Below are positions 63,045 through 64,000 of a DNA stretch of 64,000 bases, in pieces. This DNA is from Lophium mytilinum (Eukaryota). Made by a program: the position numbers and the translations under genes. Below the pieces are notes generated by a model. It worked only from the letters and a program-made list of their open reading frames with translations, was not told the DNA's origin and made no database searches. Positions within the stretch are counted from its first letter, which is position 1; every line of letters begins with the position of its first letter. The DNA lies in the NCBI GenBank assembly GCA_010093605.1, contig MU004196.1:332606-396605 (forward strand), read 5' to 3'.

Positions 63045-64000
63045 ATGCTGTCTGCTCCTCCAAGCCGTGTGGCCATCATCGGCGCTGGCCTGTCGGGCCT
63101 CACTCTTGCGATTGCTCTTCATCGTCAGGGCATTGCCTGCCACCTCTATGAGCTCCGCGACCCTACGACCTCAACCTCAGGTGCCCTGATGCTCTCTCCC
63201 AACGCTTTGCGCATTCTCGACACCCTTGGCCTCTACAAGCAACTCAGTTCTCAAGGTTACAACTTCGAGACCATTGCGTTCAAGAATAGCGAGGAGGTCA
63301 CCACAGACCGATACTATCTCGGAAATGAGAAACTCTACCAGTATAAGGCACTCCGCGTGTACCGCCAAGTCCTGTTGACTGAGCTCCGGGCCATGGTCGA
63401 CCAACTTCACATTCCAGTCACTTACGGCTTGAAATTCAGCCACATCATCTCCGAGGACGATAACGGCGTCTCGTTCGCTTTCGTCGATGGATCTCGCGCT
63501 TCCGCCGACATCCTCGTTGGGGCCGATGGTATCCATTCCACAGTTAGAAAGTACGTGGCTCCAGGCGTAGAACCAAAGTACAGCGGCCAGGTGGCTATCA
63601 CTTGTGCTATTCAGAAGTCAAAGATCATCCCTGAGGGAGTCGACTACGACATGCCCGTCGCTATCCACGGCAAGCACGGCGCCTTCGTCATGGCCCCTCA
63701 GGATATCGATGGGTCCGAAGTGCTCGCTGGTACGCAGCGTGCCTGGCCCGAACAGGACAGGGCTGGCTGGGATGCTCTTCTAGCCGACAAAGAGAAATTG
63801 CTAGCTCTCTTCCGTACGAATATCGAAGACTGGCCTGCGACCGCGCAGACGGCCCTCAACAACGTTCCAGAGAACACATTGTCAATCTGGCCTTACTACG
63901 TTGTGCCTAAGCTCGAGCGTTGGTATTCCCCAGGAAAGCGGGTCATAATTCTCGGGGACGCGGCGCATGCCATCCCTCCGACAGCTGGACAAGGCGCCTC
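63045..64000 (+). CDS. FAD-dependent monooxygenase (salicylate hydroxylase-like), truncated by the window end
   Basis: MLSAPPSRVAIIGAGLSGLTLA (GxGxxG), LVGADGIHSTVR (DG motif) and ILGDAAHAIPPTAGQGA (GD motif). Missing from the ORF track, presumably because no stop is reached in the window. Confidence 0.93.
   Translation, partial: MLSAPPSRVAIIGAGLSGLTLAIALHRQGIACHLYELRDPTTSTSGALMLSPNALRILDTLGLYKQLSSQGYNFETIAFKNSEEVTTDRYYLGNEKLYQYKALRVYRQVLLTELRAMVDQLHIPVTYGLKFSHIISEDDNGVSFAFVDGSRASADILVGADGIHSTVRKYVAPGVEPKYSGQVAITCAIQKSKIIPEGVDYDMPVAIHGKHGAFVMAPQDIDGSEVLAGTQRAWPEQDRAGWDALLADKEKLLALFRTNIEDWPATAQTALNNVPENTLSIWPYYVVPKLERWYSPGKRVIILGDAAHAIPPTAGQGA

Overview
This is intron-rich genomic DNA from a filamentous ascomycete (Pezizomycotina) that carries RIP-type mutation signatures. 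From 0 to 14 kb it holds conserved genes: an SDR, Mediator Med5/Nut1, a conserved hypothetical protein, an aldo-keto reductase and NADP-glutamate dehydrogenase, plus a RIP-destroyed pogo-type transposon. From 15.4 to 27.7 kb there is a cluster of four intronless paralogues built from 2-3 tandem copies of a ~150-aa domain whose motif pattern matches PemK/MazF endoribonuclease toxins; one is fused to an RRM. From 28 to 42 kb come a DUF3405-type protein, two F-box-like genes, a degenerate NYN/PIN-like gene, a Cys-rich microprotein and a LaeA-like methyltransferase. From 42 to 64 kb is a probable catabolic cluster: choline/amino-acid permease, P450, two adjacent complementary half-functional Rieske oxygenases (one keeps only the 2Fe-2S ligands, the other only the mononuclear-Fe ligands), carboxylesterase, Zn2Cys6 factor, flavin-reductase-like protein and FAD monooxygenase. 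Inverted ~120-bp repeat arrays with B-box-like motifs bracket the core of this cluster, next to a tRNA-like relic and a Mutator derivative. The strongest leads are the tandem MazF-like gene cluster and the split Rieske oxygenase pair. All family calls and exon boundaries come from reading motifs and splice signals by eye, without database searches.
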